Part shown: in pieces, positions 57,915 through 64,000 of the stretch
Layout: each line of letters begins with the position of its first letter
Position numbering within the stretch: position 1 is the stretch's first letter
Assembly (NCBI GenBank): GCA_951406725.2
Contig: OX597824.1
Coordinates: forward strand, 98,394,001-98,458,000
Length of the DNA: 64,000 nucleotides
From: Octopus vulgaris
Taxonomy: Eukaryota
Direction: 5' to 3'
The notes under the pieces: model-generated
What the model was told of the DNA's origin: nothing
Seen by the model: only the letters and a program-made list of their open reading frames with translations
The model's database searches: none
Translations under genes and position numbers: made by a program

Positions 57915-58134
57915 TACACAAGCGTACATACATACATATTTATCAATTTATGCAGTTATTTATATATCTATATATTTATTTATACTTTTATTGATGTATA
58001 CACACACAAGCACATACATATATATATGTGTGTATATGTATGCATGTATGTACGTGTGTATGTATACGTACATTTATAAATAGATTTTTCTATACATACA
58101 AACTGAAATAAATCTTAATGTTACAAAACTTTAA

Positions 58135-58270
58135 GATGGCGAGGAGCTGGAAGAATTGTTAGCAAGCCGGACAAAGTGCTTAGCGGCATTTCGTCCGTCT
58201 TTACGTTCTGATTTCAAATTCCGCCGAGGTCGACTTTGCCTTTCATCCTTTTGGGTTCGATATTTCGGGG
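58135..58270 (+). mobile_element. tRNA-derived SINE (5' part)
   Basis: Homologous to 31928-32050. Confidence 0.75.
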
Positions 58271-59409
58271 TCCACATCCCGAAATTACCGACAAACTCAC
58301 TCTTCAAACAGATACCGCTATTTTGTTACTCAGACATGCAATCACACAACACACACACGAACACAGTTCCACCCCCCCAAAAAAAAAAACACACATACAC
58401 ACTCACACACGAACACTCACTCACACAGACCCACACGCACGAACACACATACACACTCAGTCACCTACTCACATACACAGACACAAACACTCGCATACAC
58501 ACGCACATTTACATGAAAGCATAGAACTTTTATGCCGAAAATATTGCGTATCCAAGAGAGAGCCCCCCGCTGAAAAGTATTCTATATTTATCCTGGAACC
58601 GATGCGTTTCATTCGAAACGATGTTTAAACCTACAAGATTTTTTCGGTTTTCTCCATAAACTAGCAGCGTAAATTTATGGATTCACTGCTAAACACTAAC
58701 ATCTTATTTAAATTTATATCTCAGCACGTAATCAACAGACGAGTATACATTCTATATTGAAATTACAAGGATCACCTCTTCAAAATATATTATTTCCTGA
58801 GTCCATTTTTTATTCTTTAAGTTATTACAGAGTCGAGGTTGGAAAATTAAATACACCAAATTCAATTAAAAAATCGGATAACAGTTCCGACTACCCTAAA
58901 TTATATTTTTCTTTTAAAACTAATTCGTTTCGACATTAAGCGTTCTTGAAGTAATATAGAACCAGAATTCCTTGAGTTTTATTCTGATCTGAATATACAA
59001 GTCACGTGATTTTGCAAGTAAAAGAGATTCCATAAATCAAATGTGTTGTACGAGAAAAAGAAGGGCAGATATTTGAAATTTTCAAAATATTGCAAACACG
59101 GCCGCGAAAAGTCATTAAAATCTAAAGAAAACGGCCAAGATTTATGGTGGAATTGAAATTCTATGAATCAAAATAGAAAATTGTTGTTCATCTCACACAC
59201 ACACATATAAATATATATGTGTGTGTGTAGATGTAGATGTATATATGTGTGTGTGTATACATGCTTGCGCATATATATACACTCTGTGTCTATGTGTGTG
59301 TGTGTTTACACACATGCCCACATACTTAATGTATACATCTACACGTTTAGAGTTAAGCATAAATATATAGATATGCACATGTAGTTTACCAGAAACTTAT
59401 GTCAGTCCT

Positions 59410-59847
<438 letters not shown>

Positions 59848-60288
59848 CGTATGTATTATGCATGCACGTGCGAGCGAGCGTCTGTGTGTGTGTGTATTTG
59901 AATTCGTTCTGTGCAACAAAAGCAGCATTCGATCAAATTATCAATCAGTGTGATGCAAATACATCGCACAAAAGTCCAGCGCTCGTCCGGCGATGTTATC
60001 TGTTATGGACGTGCTGTGCTGCATCAAACAGAGATACATCAGTAGCAGACGAAAATCGTCGAGTAGCGTCGGCAGGAATGCTAGATGTGTGTTTCTGATT
60101 TTTGGGCGATGGATTATGTCTCGGCATGCGGTTATCAATGGAAGCATGCTGCTGGCGAAGGCCGAAAAGAAATGCGTATCTGCCACTCCCGCCGCCGCCG
60201 CCGCTGCAGGACGATTGCTACTGATGTACTTTTCTGTTTTTAAACAGTCCATTAACTATGATACAGAGATTGCTAATGTATGTATGCG

Positions 60289-60422
<134 letters not shown>

Positions 60423-60634
60423 TAAAAAATATTTTTTTTAAAGTTTTTTATTTTTTAATTTTTTTTTTTTAATTTTTTTTTTATTTATTTATTTTTTATT
60501 TTTATGTATTAGACATTCACTAGTACAACACCCCCCCAAATATATGGCACAGAACTTCCAACCTGTTGTCTCTTGAGGTCTCTGGGTGAGACTTGGAGCC
60601 AACTTGTACAGACATAAAGCAAAAGTCAAACATA

Positions 60635-60690
<56 letters not shown>

Positions 60691-61581
60691 GGAAAACGAA
60701 TGTTAGTGTGTTAGTGTGTCACACTTTTTTAACTTTACTACTCCGACCCTCTCTTCCACTATTCAATGGCACTTCTACTATTCCTCATGCTTTACCCCTC
60801 TCTCACTATTCAAAGACTTCTATTCTATCCAAACATTTAAAAACACTATTTCTCTAAATATTAAAACTGTATCAAGTAATTTAACCATAACGTTCGGAAC
60901 TGAAATACGTATTGAACTCCCTCTCTCATACAATATTATCTCTCACAACTCTCTACCATAAAAATGTTGGAAACTTAGTATTTTTCAGATATTAATAAAA
61001 TTTGTCGGACCTATTTTCATGCCGTCAACCGCCGGAGCTATGGACACTTAGCGCACTCTGACTGCATCAAAAATAAATTCGACTAATTTTATTATTACCC
61101 TAAAAAATACTAAAAAGTACCAAATTTCAAACATCGTTAAGGTCAAATAGAACAATTCCATACCATAAAAATCGCACTTTAAAATACTGTTTAGCGACAA
61201 TGGTGTAATTTTCCTTCAAACTACGAACTGGAGTTTAGGTACGTACCAGCTACTAAAAATAATCGTTTGTACGAAAAGTGAGGCCCTACGGACATCGAAT
61301 TGTCTTTAAATTAAGTGGCGGCAGAAGATTTATCGTTGAACTTTTAAAAGGTAAGTTTATTGTTGCCTACGGCCAGTTCTATGCTGGTTGTTGAAGGGTA
61401 GGGAATGGAAACAAGCTATTTGTACTGACCCTCGAACAGGAAGACAAATTATATCATTGTTTTGAGGAAAATTGATCAGTGCTTGAAAAATATTGATCAA
61501 GTTAAATAAACTTTAATATGTACTCAATTCATGAAGTGCCATTGTTGGGCCCAAAGCCTAATGAAGAGCCCTCCACAGGAG

Positions 61582-61620
61582 CTAGCTTAAAAGCAGCCCA
61601 ATCGCGAGGCTTTTAAGCTA

Positions 61621-61621
<1 letters not shown>
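61582..61621 (+). other. Perfect 13-bp terminal hairpin ending CTAG|T (possible Helitron 3' end)
   Basis: CTAGCTTAAAAGC-N14-GCTTTTAAGCTAG followed by (TA)n. Confidence 0.45.
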
Positions 61622-61654
<33 letters not shown>

Positions 61655-61793
61655 GCACTCACACACACACACACACACACACACTCTCTATCTCTCTGTC
61701 ACACGCACACACACACATATATATATAATAATAGTAGGGAATATAATTCCAAAATTAACAATTTTAACAATTTTAAATCAAATTTCACAATAT

Positions 61794-62043
61794 ATATGTA
61801 TATAATTTAGAGAAAAACCTCTATTAAACAATTCAATAAAGAAAGATGCTATTCACACCAAATAGAAAACATATACTATAAAAAAAACTTATTTTAAAAA
61901 TCAGCAAAGTACAATAAATAGTAAATATTACTACTTACTACTATTTACTATTTTTTTTATGGTATATGTTTTCTATATACTGTGAATAATATATTTCTTT
62001 ATTGAATTGTTTAATGGAGGTTTTTCTCTAAATTATATACATA
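61794..62043. repeat. AT-rich fold-back with about 93-bp arms
   Basis: 61794-61887 pairs imperfectly with 61951-62043. Confidence 0.75.
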
Positions 62044-62078
62044 ACATACATACATACATACATACATACATACATACA

Positions 62079-62125
<47 letters not shown>

Positions 62126-62224
62126 GGCAACCGAATAATTGTCACATATTACATTTACAGATAAATTCCTCTATTTACATAATATCGAGGTCTCTTTCAT
62201 TCTCTTGTTGTCTTACCATTACTA

Positions 62225-62294
<70 letters not shown>

Positions 62295-62326
62295 TGTATG
62301 TATGTTTACACACAAACACACACATA

Positions 62327-62758
62327 TCTTAATATAGATTTGAGTGATGTCTCTCTGTCCGTTACGCTTTTATGTTCGTTAACTCCTCCTAGACCGTGTG
62401 CACAATGACAACGAGACTCAAACCAGCAACTCTCCTAATCCCAGAGAATGTCCTAAGGTGGAGGTCTGTATTTTTAAAGGCCGCCTAATTGGGGCTCCGC
62501 CATTTTTACTGCATTTGAAACTAAATACATGGCATTGAGGAGCAAAATGAATTTCATGCCATGAACTCCCGGGGAGTATCGTATGGAGGTTCAATTTCTG
62601 AAGAGCCGCTTAAATGGGGCCCCACTCACTATTTTTACTGCATTTACATCGCTCCCACGCTTATTGATTAAACTATGATCAGCATCGATGGTTCACACTT
62701 TTGCAGAAATAAGTTTCATTACACAAGGGCAGCGGGCCGCGAATCGGGCCGATTGTAG
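62327..62758 (+). mobile_element. Possible non-autonomous Helitron-like element
   Basis: A|TC start, GC-rich subterminal segment, ..GTAG|T end, internal direct repeat of about 45 bp. Confidence 0.35.
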
Positions 62759-63061
62759 TACTGAATGCGTTAAAGGTGCCCTCCGCATGATCCAACGGGA
62801 ACGCTGCTCGAAGGCTGGCTTCAAGGCTAATATGGATATATGACGTGACTGTGTGGCAAGAAATTGGCTTCCTAAGCACACGGTTACGGATTCAGTCACA
62901 CTACGTAGCATCTTCTACTATTGCCTCGAGCCAACCAAAGCCTTGTGAGTGGATTTTGTTGACGGAAACCGAATGAAGCTCGTCGTATATAGGATGTATG
63001 TATGTATATGTATCCATACATACATACATATATATATATATTGCAAACCAAATCCCAAAAC

Positions 63062-63196
<135 letters not shown>

Positions 63197-63254
63197 GATA
63201 GATATATATATACATGTATACATACATACGCACACACACACATATATATATATA

Positions 63255-63510
63255 TTTCGTTTTGGGATTTGGTTTGCAAGATTTTTTATGTGAGTTCGTG
63301 TGTTGAAGCATTTTCTGTTGTGTTTGGGGAGGGTCATTCTCTTTTAGTGTCTTATTATTTAACACACTCACCGGTAACATTTCCACTCATTTATTTATTT
63401 TTTTTCCTAAAATTTTCGTTGCTTCTTGCAACCTTTTCAATAGTTTTATTTTTAAAATAAATAAATAAATGAGTGGAAATTGAAGAGAATGACTCTCCAG
63501 ACACAATGGT
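63255..63510 (-). mobile_element. Family N copy with U3-A8 hammerhead-like motif (63407-63443)
   Basis: CUA UUGAAAA g GUUGC aagaa GCAAC GAAA AU UU UAG; partial fold-back. Confidence 0.7.
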
Positions 63511-63531
63511 ATATATATTCCTATATATATA

Positions 63532-63570
63532 CTAGCTGAATAGCCCGTCGTTGCTGGGTAATTTTTACGT
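63532..63570 (-). mobile_element. Helitron 3' terminus
   Basis: Near-identical to 33746-33790; hairpin plus TATTCAGCTAG|T. Confidence 0.65.
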
Positions 63571-64000
63571 TAGAATGTCTTATATAAATAGGTCTCTTGA
63601 TCGGGACAGATTGGTGCAATTTTTCGCAAAATACTTCGTTGAAGATTATTTCCCTTTTAAAAATATTTACGTCTGTTCGACTCTTTCACGTGACTTTATT
63701 CATTAAAATCTTCAGAAGTTCCCACAACTTTGGTTGTCGTAAATCTTTGGTTTCGTTTGTTTAATAAAAATTCTTCTTCCTAATGATTTTATTTTCATTT
63801 TGTGATAGACAGCTATCATACAGAAAATGCCAGCTTCCAAATCCTGTTCTCTGATTAGGTAAAATTAATTAAACTTCAAACCTCAGTGACATTTTTCAGC
63901 AATTTTTCTGGAACGAATAAATGACAAAATCCAATTTAACGTGGAAAATAATTTCCATATACCAAACTTGACGTAATTTTAAAATTTCACAATGTGACAG

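Noticed and set aside
59940-60260. GC-richer island as a host exon
   Set aside because: No recognisable protein or convincing splice pair; could be regulatory but unsupported.

Overview
AT-rich eukaryotic non-coding DNA packed with microsatellites. The tRNA-derived SINEs and the (TA/CA/CATA/TAA)n load look like an octopus/cephalopod genome (inference). I find no intact protein-coding gene. The long ORFs are translations of simple repeats, and the only real protein signal comes from decayed transposons: Tc1/mariner, RTE and R4/Dong LINEs, a Ty3/gypsy remnant and a Neptune-type Penelope-like (PLE) GIY-YIG remnant. Helitron-type ends and a 2.44-kb 11-mer satellite are also present. The main hidden signal is roughly 18 minimal type I hammerhead-ribozyme-like motifs. 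They sit in short non-coding elements, most of them inside (TA)n tracts. Most have palindromic (dimer-type) stem III. Several have non-canonical cores, including compensatory A3-U8 and U3-A8 pairs. Many lie in fold-backs or partial tandems with the same polarity, and two fold-back junctions map to the predicted cleavage site. This suggests a diverse, microsatellite-associated, non-autonomous PLE/retrozyme-like system. All folds and alignments were done by eye; coordinates of decayed elements are approximate.
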